Positions 31,601-40,881 of a stretch of 40,881 nucleotides of DNA are shown one piece after another; within the stretch, counting starts at the first letter, position 1, and each line of letters begins with the position of its first letter. Below the pieces are notes generated by a model. It searched no databases. It was not told where the DNA came from and saw only the letters and a program-made list of their open reading frames with translations. The stretch comes from Caecitellus pseudoparvulus (taxonomy: Eukaryota; Protista; Bigyra: Bicosoecida), in NCBI GenBank assembly GCA_965644315.1, contig CBFFRQ010000150.1, positions 1 to 40,881 on the forward strand, given 5' to 3'. The translations under genes were made by a program, and so were the position numbers.

Positions 31601-32540
31601 TCGATCCCGGCTGCAGTAGTTGCCCAAGCGGGGGACAAGATGTGGCGACCTGTTCGTCACGCCCATCGGCTGCTAGTGCCTCCCGCCACAGCTGCTCGTC
31701 ATTCTGGATGCCTGCTGCAGCTTTCTCAGCGGGCAGTGCGCCAGCGCCGTACTGGGAAACCAGGCCTGTCAGTGGCCGGGCGTGACTCACAGTCAACTCC
31801 TGTTGCCGCGGCGGAAACACTACGGGTGGGTGCTGCGGGCATTTGTTCTTGTCCACCACGTTCGAGGGCGACTTCAGCCCTGGCTTGGTGTGAGACCACG
31901 TGTACAATGACATATCACAGGCGCCAGCAGTATTGTACGCTGCCCACGTATTTGTGTTGGCCACGACAGCTACATCCGCAGCAGAGGCATTCAGGGGCGA
32001 TGCGCCACACCCTGCAAACACAGCAGCCGCTGCTGAATGGGGCGGGAACACGGCTGCATCGGTCGCTGCTGGTCCAGCGGGTGGGCAGGCGCCTCGCAGA
32101 AGCGCTACAGAGAAGAGGCCACCACCCCAGGTGCCGGAAAACGGTACCGCTGCCACGACAGGCCATCCCATGCCTTGGAGGTGCGGCACTGCACTGGTGC
32201 GCTTTGGCGGCTGCCAGGAGTCTTGCAACCATGGCTGTCTCCTGAAAGGCACCGAAAAGAGCCCCACCAAAGCAGCTGCGTGGCGCTGCCGCACCAGCGT
32301 CCGTTGACGTGCGCCGCCTCGCTTGGCAACGGCAGCACAGAAAGATGCATCTCCTTCAATCGCCCAGGAGCGAAGAAAAGTGTAATCTCCATGAATAGGG
32401 GCGGTGCTGCCTGCCTCCACACAGCGTAGGGCGCCAGCGTAGGCAGGGGCGGCTGGAGCTGTGCCTTCGGAATTTGCTACAATGCTGAGCACGAAGATCC
32501 ACACAGGCAAGAACAGAAGGTGCCACGCACGCATCCCCAT
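28665..32540 (-). CDS. Secreted or membrane-anchored protein with an N,N-dimethylformamidase beta-subunit-like domain
   Basis: Signal-like MRAWHLLFLPVWIFVLSIVANS. Motifs NTNTWAAYN..SLY, VS.ARP and DYITDYDVH...LL..Y.VILL..HPEYWS..MYDAL..Y...GGSVLYLGGNGIYR.V. Two hydrophobic segments later in the ORF. Start codon (32582/32540/32534) and exon structure of the 3' third are uncertain. Confidence 0.7.
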   Translation of the reverse strand: MGMRAWHLLFLPVWIFVLSIVANSEGTAPAAPAYAGALRCVEAGSTAPIHGDYTFLRSWAIEGDASFCAAVAKRGGARQRTLVRQRHAAALVGLFSVPFRRQPWLQDSWQPPKRTSAVPHLQGMGWPVVAAVPFSGTWGGGLFSVALLRGACPPAGPAATDAAVFPPHSAAAAVFAGCGASPLNASAADVAVVANTNTWAAYNTAGACDMSLYTWSHTKPGLKSPSNVVDKNKCPQHPPVVFPPRQQELTVSHARPLTGLVSQYGAGALPAEKAAAGIQNDEQLWREALAADGRDEQVATSCPPLGQLLQPGSRGSAPPPPCLDAVNAALERFRTSQFRALHTWGHGIAQEVGLAHLLWSRTGVLQPSNTDYITDYDVHTEGPWLLARYRVILLLAHPEYWSAPMYDALAHYQRLGGSVLYLGGNGIYRSVVWDSAPDGSPRLRRMVQQDGVTHAVPAKGVPAAAAAGWYAHPRLELVQQPCPAEGGLPRVHPRSAVLGAWEGRPGAAHAAWHREIAAASPWKQPSTGAWFAPAQQAEHDPEQGGTADFTLPSLTGAAPMCGPQRDVVRLLGLRYEPRSAGVSQCSPIMLSAAALDELSLPVATVSNASLDLPAGASLLGVALLQLQAACAEPGAAEFIPACDILAENAGSAETVAALASSALISGTCGASWETDGPLPSVSRKQREALLGCAIRHGPPPSRHNTAQSLGAVQLLDTGFGGVVGALASLGWAGDLLRQDPEAKTAKAGEAALAALVQRVIRHAGVLQQPDFEATLPHLEAPLTLPAVTNSSLVAGWQAWRDCERGGQAGWLSPQPCVHNRINSASVFAVLQPRWKLQAGTVPSAWWPSGAAAEPHTAAAHHGFLGLGNGLLGWSMHFPVQIDTTVCDGCADMSVVERRWAKADRRLHHRGLFLDVCSPKWGATPALWVLMCVLMACIAYLVVVRGYWGSSLSGRCRGQHRRVHIGCAQATCVVGRPVSAQSTGCDPSSVRLNCFRCERDRKSNCTVVVVFVLAAVVLLSSAVLGRTPCINPAKSAVANVEEVPGHDGACCLVNTCHAKQQQAADAGSFVFVCGSGTNAANGSHVSLLLLPTSLEDFASQSMMESETHRRKGRRPMSPLVVGRTGTKLLGVPVHTVGARELESLDHNRGATGHSRGSAKQPSPHSLRQVLTSAGLHCPSSSASGPQSSPASPLCACCGSGAIVALSWPDLLAQCPGQNIEQVALLLQAALVNTGARVVILGVDEGVSAPLAVAGRVLASGLHSVPVLPVTQAHWTRVLAGVDAASNLLRQFL

Positions 32541-32735
32541 ACTGCTAGTGTAAGGAACTGTAAAATGTAAGCCTGAGGGCATGCTGCTGCGCGGTCAAAT
32601 AAATTTGGGGCCTCTGCGGGCAGAAACTGGGTGAACAGGCTTGCTGCCACACATGTGACAATTCGGAATCACTCAAGTTTCGAGCAACCAAGACACCCAG
32701 CATCGCCAATAAGCATACTTTTCGAGCCACACTGG

Positions 32736-35421
32736 TTATACCATTTCTACACTAAGGCTTCGACCGCTCCCTGCGGCGCCACCACGCATTTGCTGCTCTC
32801 CCACACTCTCAGGACTGCCAGTGGACACAAGTGAGCCTGCTGGAGCCACATCTGCACCTTTAGCCTCTCCTTCTAGCTGAGTTCGGGCTGAAATTCCTGC
32901 CTGTTGCGCGCCGCCCAGGGCAGTATGAGCGTATGGCGTGGCCTGCAGAGCAGGCAGGCCAGCACCCGAACCAGCTTTCGCGCTAGCAAGCAGCGAAAGG
33001 CCTTGCGCGTCCTCTTCACACCCGTCGTAGAGGCTGACGTCAATGCGCCTTGCTTCAAGCTCAGGCTTCATCCCATCAAGCAGGCGACGGAAGAGGGCCA
33101 GCATGCTGGGCTGCACCCCGCACACCTGCATCCTGCACCTGCAATGCTCCGTCGGGTGGTACACTCTGGAGAGCTCGACCCAGCCCACAATGCTCTCAAG
33201 CATGCTTGAGCAAGCGCGCGTCCCAGCTTCGATGACGCGTTCGCCATCAAGTTCAGCTGCCTTGCAGATGGAGGCGTACTGGTCCAAGCAGACTCCGCCC
33301 CTGAGTCTGGTGTCCGGTTCGAATCGCAGCACGAGCTCGCGGCTCGTTGGTGGGAGCAGGTCTATCCCAGGGGATGTGATGCCCATGAACGTCAGCGGTC
33401 GTGCCCGTTCGCTCGTACCATGAAGCCCCTTGATAGTGCCGCCATCCTCCAACTCAACGCAAGCTGTAGCGGGCTTGGGAGACACGAGAAAGCGAGTTGG
33501 GGCGGTGGGCGATGGCGTCGTAGCCACACTCGCTGCGCGCTTCGCTTCCTCCTCAGCCTTTCGTTGAGCCTCCAGGTTTGCCTGGTGGACCGCTTCGCGC
33601 TCAGCTGAGATGGCAACGGTCTCATTGAACAGGCTCGTCGCGGAGCGCCCTGCCTGCACCACGACACAACTGAGAGGCACCATGCCCGGAAACACGACTG
33701 CTTCGATGGTCATAAGATCCTTCAGCCGACGTTTTGCATCCTTCGCCGCGTCAGTCTCGCCGTCTACAACGGCAGCACCGTCGGCCCTGTCTTCCCTCAA
33801 GCGCTCAGCGAGGACTGCTCGCTGAACGTAGGTCCAGAATCCGGGTTTGCCGTCGTCGCTTTCGAGCAATGGCTCTGGCTGATATTGTGCGATGAAGACT
33901 GAGAAATCTACAATGGTTTCAAACCTTTCTAGGGTTGACGCACATGCAAGGCCCCGAGCAAGCAATTCTGCTCCGCTCGGGCAAACGTAGCAGTGTGTCA
34001 TGGATGCAGACCGGAGGTACTGCGAGTTGGCGATGCACTGCCCAAGCCGGTGGGCGGCCCGGGCTGACAAGAAAGCTAGCGGGAGGGAAAAGGAGCGCAG
34101 GCGATCAATGGAAATGAGCTGAGCAGTCCACCAGCCAGCCCATGCAGGGAGAGTTTCGACCCGTAGCGGAAGGCCAGGGGGAAGCTCGTCAACTTCTTCC
34201 ACGCAAACGCCCTGGCGCTTCATCTTTTCGGTTTCTGTATGCCCCTTCACAGCCACAAGGCGAGCCAGAGTCAAGTCTTTGTGGTATTTCACATCACTTC
34301 GGTGCCACAGTGCATCACGCTTCAAACCATCCCGAAGCTCTCCTGAACTGGAAAAAACGCTGTTGGCGCCGGTGATGGAGAGAGCCAGTGTCACGACATA
34401 CTGTAGGAAAGTCTGATCTTCCACTGCCAGGGATGCGCTGTACGTGAGGTAGATGTTCAGTACAGCGGAGAAGAGGGACGTCAGCATGGACACCACCACG
34501 AGCGGGAGGCTGTCTTCCAAGGTGCCGCTGGCTACGATGTACAGCTGGAGAATGGACTGTGGAGCGCTCTCGAACACCGACTCCAACACCTTGCGAAGGC
34601 CTGGGTACCGGTGGAACACCGTGTAGTCATAGCACACCCCAGCTGGAAATACTACGCTCGTCAGGTCCAGCGCGGTCCCCACGATAGTGCCCTGCGGCAA
34701 AGACGTGCTGTAAGTGAGGGGAGCCTGGGTCGCGTACCTCGGGAAGCGCAGCAGATTCTTACAAAAACAGCCGCAAATGGGAGTTGGAGACATACGACTA
34801 CGTACACAATGCAGGACGGTCTGTCGCAAATGAAGCAAGGAGTGGGTGCAAGGTGACTGCGCGACCGGTTGCATGGGTGCCCCCTGCACGCACAAACCCT
34901 CGCTCTGACCGAGCTGAGCAGCCTGAATCCCACCCGTAAAGAGGTAACCAAATATGGTGGCGGGCAGCAACCTGTACGCGCCTTGCAGCGGAGCAGATGT
35001 GGGGCGGACGGGCGCAGCAACGGCTGGCGTTTCATCGCAGCAACGGACATGAAAATAATGCCCAAGCTCATGGGTACAACCGCTCCCGCCGCAGCGAGCT
35101 GGGTGATGACCAAGATGTCACTGACAATGTCCCAGATAAAGAGCACCGCACCGAACAACTGGGTTGCGATGCTAAGCGTCGCGTACGCGCATGGCTTTTG
35201 CTGGGCGTGGTGGGTGGAAAACTTGCGTTTCATCTTTGCTGCGCCTCGCTCCGAACGCTGAGTGTACGTACCTCCTGAAAAGAAGTCATGGTGCGCTGCC
35301 ACTTCCAAGCTGTGTGTGCTGAGCCCTTTGGCGGGGGTATGTGTTGCATCAGCCTGATGTACAGGTCTGACGCTTCCTTCGCAGGAGGCTCATCCTTGCC
35401 ATTCGCACCATCTTGCGACAT
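32736..35421 (-). CDS. XK-related multi-pass membrane protein with a cytoplasmic RNI/LRR-like segment; four predicted short introns (35310-35362, 34972-35048, 34821-34893, 34692-34762)
   Basis: LFIWDIVSDILV and ESVFESAPQSILQLYIV resemble XK-family signatures. Removing the four GT..CAG introns (53-77 nt) gives one continuous frame from ATG 35421. LRR-like segment: LRSASMTHCYVCPSGAELLARGL. Confidence 0.7.
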
Positions 35422-35818
35422 GCTCTGGCACGTTCGTGGCGGGGCCTGCACAAGCAAGGATCAGGAGAAGGCGCCGGCCTTCAGTGCGATAGTCACAGGC
35501 TAGAGGTCCTGGCATGCGGCCATGGCAGCAAATAGCAGGAATTTGCATTTGCTCCATCCGTTGCCCAACATTGTTGCAGTCCAGCTTGGTCGTTAGGGCG
35601 CCAGAAACGGTCGCTGCATACCTACCGTGCTGTGCCAGCTTGGTATCTCCAAGAAGGCATGCTCCTGAGGTGAATCAGCAATGATGACATCACGCAGGGC
35701 ACGGGCTTGTCGTCTTGAGGCTGATTGGGCTCGCACCGCTGCTCGCCACGACTTTCGTCACCTATCGCATCCACTCCACATGACCGATTCCTCCCTCACC
35801 AGAGTGGTGCCGCCCTTC

Positions 35819-38800
35819 TCAGAGTTGGCCGCGGTGCTTGCCCGCAGCAAGTATCTCCACTCTTGAAACAAACGTGGGCTCTCCTGTGGGCTTCTCAACC
35901 TCCTGCCAGCCCATATCCGTTTCAGCAACGCAAGTCTCAAGCTGGGAGTGTTCCAGGGATTCACTGCACTGCTGCTCAGCCCCATCACTACGCCGCCGCT
36001 TTCCAGTAACAGTCCACTCACTAGGAGACTGCCCACCAAACGCTGCCATCAGAAGGCTGACCCGCTGCCAGCACGTGGCCACAGCCCAAACGCGCTGCAA
36101 GCTTTCACAGCGCCCTTCTTTTGCCCTCGGAGAGAGGCCTAGCGCCCCGTGCGCGACCGCAACTGCGTGCCAAAGCCCGCCGAAAACGATGCTCACCCCC
36201 AAAGCAAGTGCAAGACACAAGAAGCCCACCACGATCACCGTACTGGTGGCTTCCACGACCGACACAGCCCGCTCCTGGCCTGACTCCCCACGCAGCTCGA
36301 AATCCATCAGCCCCAACATCGAATCCACCCACAAACTGGACTGGGACGCCACCGACAGCACATTCAACGAGCTCGACGTGTACGGCTGTGCCGCCACGTG
36401 CAGCACCAGCCCGATGCCCAGCACACCTGACACTGCCGCCGCACGAGCGAAACGAGCCTGCACCGTCACTGCCAAAGCCAACAGCAGCACCTTCTGCAGC
36501 GTGATCAACAGCTCCCAATACCAGTACCCACCACAGCATGCGCCACGAGCCTGCACTCGGTACCCTTCGTACAGGAAGCCTGCAGCGTGCTGGAAGGCCC
36601 GCACATGCAGGCGCCGTCTGTTCATGCGCAAGAAGAGCATGGCGCCGATGGGGGCGCCGAGCCCCACGAACACCAGACCAAGGCCTGCGAGGGCTCGAGC
36701 AGGTCCGAAGGTGGCGTCGAAGGAGCCGTGGCCAAGGCTGTGGCGGAACACGGTGAACCCAAAGATGGGGTCGGGAAAAGTGTCCAGGAATTTGATGAAA
36801 GACTCCACAACGCCAAAGTGGACGAAGAACAGGGCAATGAGAGCTGTCCGGGTTGCATATGCGGACAGCGGCAGAGCAACAGCTGGTGAGAATGTCGCTG
36901 CCCTGGACATCCAGCTGCGGGTTGGCCTGCCACGGGGCCCGATGTCCGTCCAAGTGCTGGACGTGTCACGGGCAGGGTGGCGGTCCCCTGTTCTGCTCGT
37001 GTCAATCGGTGGGGGGAGAAAGTCCGATGCAGTGCGCGATCCACTGCAAACTGAAGAATCATCAGACTCGTGTGCTCGCTCCGATATGTGTGACTGCAGC
37101 GCTTCTCCGGAGAAGCCGAGCGCCTCGGGGAAGGAAGGTGCTGCCCGACCTGAGGCAGGCAGAAGGTCATAGTCCATGCTGAACTGCGCCAAGTCAAGTA
37201 AGGCTTCGACGCCTTGGGGCTCGCGACCAGGCAACTGCAGACTGTCAGCGGGAGTTGCGTGCTCACCATGGGCGCCAGCGTCAGCAAAAGCTCCCCGGGG
37301 TTCATCGCTCACCGCAGGCAAGATCAATCGTGCCCCATGCTGTGTTCGAACTGGTTGACTGGCACATGGCTCAGCAGGGCCGCGGGCTCTCATCGGTGAC
37401 ACACCTTGCGCGCTCTGTAAAGCATGGCCGTGCTTGACACCATCGGCGGAGACGCCAAGGAGGTGATGAACGGACAGTGAAACTTGAATGGGTTTCAGCG
37501 CATGCCTGGGAGCTACTGATTCTGCAGGGCAGCATTTTGCAGCCACACCGGACGCCCGAACGGCCCACAGCAACGCAAAAGGAAGCAGCACACACACCAC
37601 CGGCAGCGCCAGAGCCACGTACAGCTCCTCGTAGAAACCCAACCGCAGCCCACACTGCACGGCGGGACTCGAGGTTGAAAAGCCCTTCACCGCCACACCC
37701 AACGCTGACAGCACCCCGTCCAACGGCTTTGCCGGCGACAGTCCCGCTGCACTCAACAGGGCTGCCACCTGGGCCCATGATGACACGACACGGAACACCG
37801 CAGCAGGGGGCGTGCTCACACCCTGCCCAGACCGGTTCAATGTCAGATACACCACGAACCCCAACGCAATCACCATCGTCAGCACCGTCACTGCCACGTC
37901 GCTGCCGTCTCTCGGACATGCTGTGCAGGGCGTGTCGGGGCCAGCCCGCCGCCACCCTGCCTCACACTCCCCACACATCGCCCCACGGTGGCCTTCCGCA
38001 CACTGCACCACAGAGCCATTGGCACGGCACACCGACGCAGGGGAACAAGGCAACATGGCACTGTCTGACGTCAAGGTCGGGCGCCCAGGCCCAGGCCCCA
38101 CCACAGCAGCCAACACCCGACCCCCTCTCAACCCGTACAGCGACCGGTACCCGCCCAGCAACGCCGGCGCAGCCGAAGAGAAACCTGACTGTGGCAGACA
38201 CTCCTCACACCACACTCCACCCTGCAGCACCAGCTGCCCCCCCGCACACACAGCGCCTTCCTCCGGGCACTCGATGCACACTCGGCCACCTGGACCAGCG
38301 TATGTCCCTGCAGCACACTGCCGGCACACTGGAGCATCCAGCACAGTCCCAGCCCGCACAGTGCCAGGTGCACACGCCTCGCACGCCAGGCCAGTCTCTG
38401 ACGCAGTCCCCTCCGCAGGGGTCTGGAAGCCCTCAGCACACTCGCACTGCATGGCACCTGGTGCCAGGCGCTGACTCGCATCACACGCTGGTGGCACAAC
38501 CACCACTGACACGACGCTGTCCCCACCCTGCCCTGGTACGCCATACCCACCCAGGCGCACCCGCAGTGCAGCACTGCCCACACTGAGCGGGCGCAGCTCC
38601 AGGGACAGCATGCCGCCTTGGCCTGTCCCCAAGCTCACCGCCACTGGGCAAGGCTGGCTCAAGCATGTCACAAGAGGCAGTCTGCGCAACATACTGCCCC
38701 TGCCCACTGCATCAGACACGTCCAGGTACAGTGTGCGCCGCTCCACACTGGCATCGGCGGCCATGACCAGTGACTGCCCGGTTCGTGACGGCAGCAAGAC

Positions 38801-40881
38801 GCTGGATGCCGCCGCCAGAGGCGGGCCGGGCGTCAAGGACATGTTCACCGGCACGCTCTGCTCATCAGCCAGGTTGCTGGAATCGGCCACGCTGCGCCCC
38901 AGCACAGTCAAACTGGCGGATGCCGCGGCATCGCCCCCTGAGCCTCCTGCACACGCCCAGTCTGCGAACGTCTCCCACTGCAGCTCCCCACCTTCGCCCC
39001 CACCACACATGTACCGAGCGTTCACAGACACCACTGCCGAGTCGCCCCTTGCTCCCAGGTCCAACCCGCCGTCCACTGGCACGCCCACCTGCCACGCACT
39101 GTCCCCTGTGCTGTTCAGATCCAGCTCAGCACGCACAGCTGTGGGCAGCAGGTTCACCAACAACACGCCCCGCCTCGCCCACCCCAGCCCAGCCACTCGC
39201 ATGTCCACCTCGCTGGGCAACACAGCCAACACCGTCACCTGCATCACCACAGGCACGATCAAGGGGGCACCGCCACGCCGCCCGTCATTGCTGGACACGT
39301 GCAGCTGTGACCTGTACAGACCAGTGCGCGGCACTGCCGTCGCATTCAGGCGCAGTGTCACGGCCCTCACGCCGCCAGACGCTGTCACACCCGACGCAGA
39401 CCCCACCAAGCCCATCCATGCCTGGGCATCGGGTAGACTCACTGACCATGTCAACGGCGCTGTGCCTGTGTTCCGCACCAGCACCTGCACAGTGGACACG
39501 TCAGTCGGTGCCAGGGTCTGGTGCAAGGAAGCGGGCACCACACTCAGCCGAGGCGCCTGCACCACCAACGTGATGGGGATTGACACGCCCGGCACATCGG
39601 ACACGCTGCGGCGACCAGGCAGCGCGGGCACAGACGATGACAGCGCCACCAACGACACCACGCCTCGGTACGTGCCGCCTGCCAGCCCGCCAGGGGACAG
39701 CACCACAGTCACGGACCGATCTCCTGACCCGATCGGCGCAGTCACTGCTGCCAGACCCACCCATGCCCCGCCACCCCCACGACCGACCACCGTGACAGAC
39801 CACGTCACGTGTGCAGGGGCCTGCACAGGGATGCTGCGAGTCACAGGAGCCACAGCTGGCCCAGCTTGTGCCTCCACCTGCACGGCGCTCACTGTGCTCC
39901 GCAGGTACGGCAGCGGGGCTGGCGAGCGGGATGCACTGGGCCGTGGCGGCGCACCTGCTGACTGACTTGGCAAAGGCGTGCTGGCCCCCGATGGCGTCGG
40001 CGCCGGGCTGGACGATGCACTGGGCACCACCAACGGGGATGTGCTGGGGGCTGCAACGCCGCCTGGTCGCACTGTCAACGGCACAGCCCCACTGCCCATG
40101 CTGACACCGGTAGCCACCACATCGACCACCACGTACACTGTCACAGCGCTGTCTTGAGGCGGGGACGGCACACCACCGCCGCCATCGACGACCAGTGACA
40201 CGTCCCAGTACTGTGTGCCGCTGCCTCCGCCGAGCACCGCGGCCTGCACAGCTGCCTTGACCCACGTGATCGGGGCGGAGCACAAGGCTGTCTGGCTGGC
40301 CAAGCCTGGGCACACGATGGACTGCACTGTCACGGCAGGCGCAGCTGTGCCAGTCCGGCTGAGGGCAATGGTGTCACTGCTGAGAATAGTGCCTGCTTCA
40401 GTCCCTTGGGCTGTGGACCTGGAGCGGAGGAGTGTGGCTTGAGGAGGGAATCCAGGAACAGGTGTGGGAGTGGCAGGAGACAGCCACGTGAGAGTGGGGG
40501 GAGAGGAGGATGAAGGTGCAGCTGTGGTCGAAGGAGGGGCAGAAGCGGTGCTGGATGGTGAAGGCAAGCGTGATTGAGAGGCACTCGGTGTGCCTGAAAT
40601 CGAACTGGTGGCACTGCCAGTCACTGTGGTGCTCGTGCTGGGTGTGGGGCTCACCGCTGCAGTGCTCGTAGCTGTGCCTGAGGCCCCGCTTGTTGGAGTC
40701 CCACTGTTTGTGGAACTTTGATATGGTGAGCATGAAGCTGATGGTGGGTGCGAGGAAGTGGTGGAAGGCGACCCCGAGCTTGTCGTGAATGACGAGGGGG
40801 TCGCAGATGAGGTCGCCGTCAGGGAGGAAGTGGCCGACATGGATGCAGTTTGAGATGGCGTGCCCGTGCTCGTCATGGAAG
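35819..40881 (-). CDS. Large surface protein, 5'-incomplete: Ser/Thr/Pro-rich stalk, Ig/BACON-like beta domains, Cys-rich ephrin-receptor-like repeats, multi-TM C-terminus
   Basis: Open frame of at least 1685 aa. Includes VRNTGTAPLTWSV, CEACAPG..CRQCAAGTY, CAEGHRGAMCGEC, GFLYEGYR...WYWELL...K+LL and QPY....LN.L motifs with multiple hydrophobic helices. Confidence 0.85.
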   Translation of the reverse strand, partial: SMTSTGTPSQTASMSATSSLTATSSATPSSFTTSSGSPSTTSSHPPSASCSPYQSSTNSGTPTSGASGTATSTAAVSPTPSTSTTVTGSATSSISGTPSASQSRLPSPSSTASAPPSTTAAPSSSSPPTLTWLSPATPTPVPGFPPQATLLRSRSTAQGTEAGTILSSDTIALSRTGTAAPAVTVQSIVCPGLASQTALCSAPITWVKAAVQAAVLGGGSGTQYWDVSLVVDGGGGVPSPPQDSAVTVYVVVDVVATGVSMGSGAVPLTVRPGGVAAPSTSPLVVPSASSSPAPTPSGASTPLPSQSAGAPPRPSASRSPAPLPYLRSTVSAVQVEAQAGPAVAPVTRSIPVQAPAHVTWSVTVVGRGGGGAWVGLAAVTAPIGSGDRSVTVVLSPGGLAGGTYRGVVSLVALSSSVPALPGRRSVSDVPGVSIPITLVVQAPRLSVVPASLHQTLAPTDVSTVQVLVRNTGTAPLTWSVSLPDAQAWMGLVGSASGVTASGGVRAVTLRLNATAVPRTGLYRSQLHVSSNDGRRGGAPLIVPVVMQVTVLAVLPSEVDMRVAGLGWARRGVLLVNLLPTAVRAELDLNSTGDSAWQVGVPVDGGLDLGARGDSAVVSVNARYMCGGGEGGELQWETFADWACAGGSGGDAAASASLTVLGRSVADSSNLADEQSVPVNMSLTPGPPLAAASSVLLPSRTGQSLVMAADASVERRTLYLDVSDAVGRGSMLRRLPLVTCLSQPCPVAVSLGTGQGGMLSLELRPLSVGSAALRVRLGGYGVPGQGGDSVVSVVVVPPACDASQRLAPGAMQCECAEGFQTPAEGTASETGLACEACAPGTVRAGTVLDAPVCRQCAAGTYAGPGGRVCIECPEEGAVCAGGQLVLQGGVWCEECLPQSGFSSAAPALLGGYRSLYGLRGGRVLAAVVGPGPGRPTLTSDSAMLPCSPASVCRANGSVVQCAEGHRGAMCGECEAGWRRAGPDTPCTACPRDGSDVAVTVLTMVIALGFVVYLTLNRSGQGVSTPPAAVFRVVSSWAQVAALLSAAGLSPAKPLDGVLSALGVAVKGFSTSSPAVQCGLRLGFYEELYVALALPVVCVLLPFALLWAVRASGVAAKCCPAESVAPRHALKPIQVSLSVHHLLGVSADGVKHGHALQSAQGVSPMRARGPAEPCASQPVRTQHGARLILPAVSDEPRGAFADAGAHGEHATPADSLQLPGREPQGVEALLDLAQFSMDYDLLPASGRAAPSFPEALGFSGEALQSHISERAHESDDSSVCSGSRTASDFLPPPIDTSRTGDRHPARDTSSTWTDIGPRGRPTRSWMSRAATFSPAVALPLSAYATRTALIALFFVHFGVVESFIKFLDTFPDPIFGFTVFRHSLGHGSFDATFGPARALAGLGLVFVGLGAPIGAMLFLRMNRRRLHVRAFQHAAGFLYEGYRVQARGACCGGYWYWELLITLQKVLLLALAVTVQARFARAAAVSGVLGIGLVLHVAAQPYTSSSLNVLSVASQSSLWVDSMLGLMDFELRGESGQERAVSVVEATSTVIVVGFLCLALALGVSIVFGGLWHAVAVAHGALGLSPRAKEGRCESLQRVWAVATCWQRVSLLMAAFGGQSPSEWTVTGKRRRSDGAEQQCSESLEHSQLETCVAETDMGWQEVEKPTGEPTFVSRVEILAAGKHRGQL

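Noticed and set aside
35838-39965. Long + strand ORFs (35838-37172, 37477-38586, 38610-39965) and similar overlapping ORFs elsewhere
   Set aside because: Antisense shadows of real genes in GC-rich DNA, with no domain motifs.

Overview
Left end of a GC-rich eukaryotic chromosome, probably a protist (TTAGGG telomeres, short GT-AG introns). A ~4.4 kb (TAACCC)n telomere is followed directly by a ~12 kb head-to-tail array of related but diverged non-LTR retrotransposons. All lie on the C-rich strand with the 5' end toward the telomere, none has a poly(A) tail, and each ends in ...AATGCATT..GAGT..GC fused to short TAACC(C) repeats. The array has four parts: (1) a full-length copy with an unusual ~700-aa N-terminal region, APE endonuclease, RT, CCHC finger and PIP-box-like tail, apparently one ORF broken by three 1-nt deletions; (2) a 103-bp 3'-end fragment; (3) a copy with complete ends encoding only the N-terminal region; (4) a 5'-truncated copy. 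The copies share covarying RNA structures in both UTRs. This resembles an autonomous/non-autonomous telomere-terminal retroelement system (HeT-A/TAHRE-, TRAS- or MoTeR-like) coexisting with canonical telomeres. Further inward lie a pseudogenised Fn3-like/Cys-rich gene, a decayed DDE transposase, three paralogous 39-aa ankyrin-repeat genes, a signal-peptide protein with a DMF-amidase beta-like domain, an intron-containing XK-related gene and a large 5'-incomplete Cys-rich multi-TM surface protein. All family assignments are by motif recognition only.
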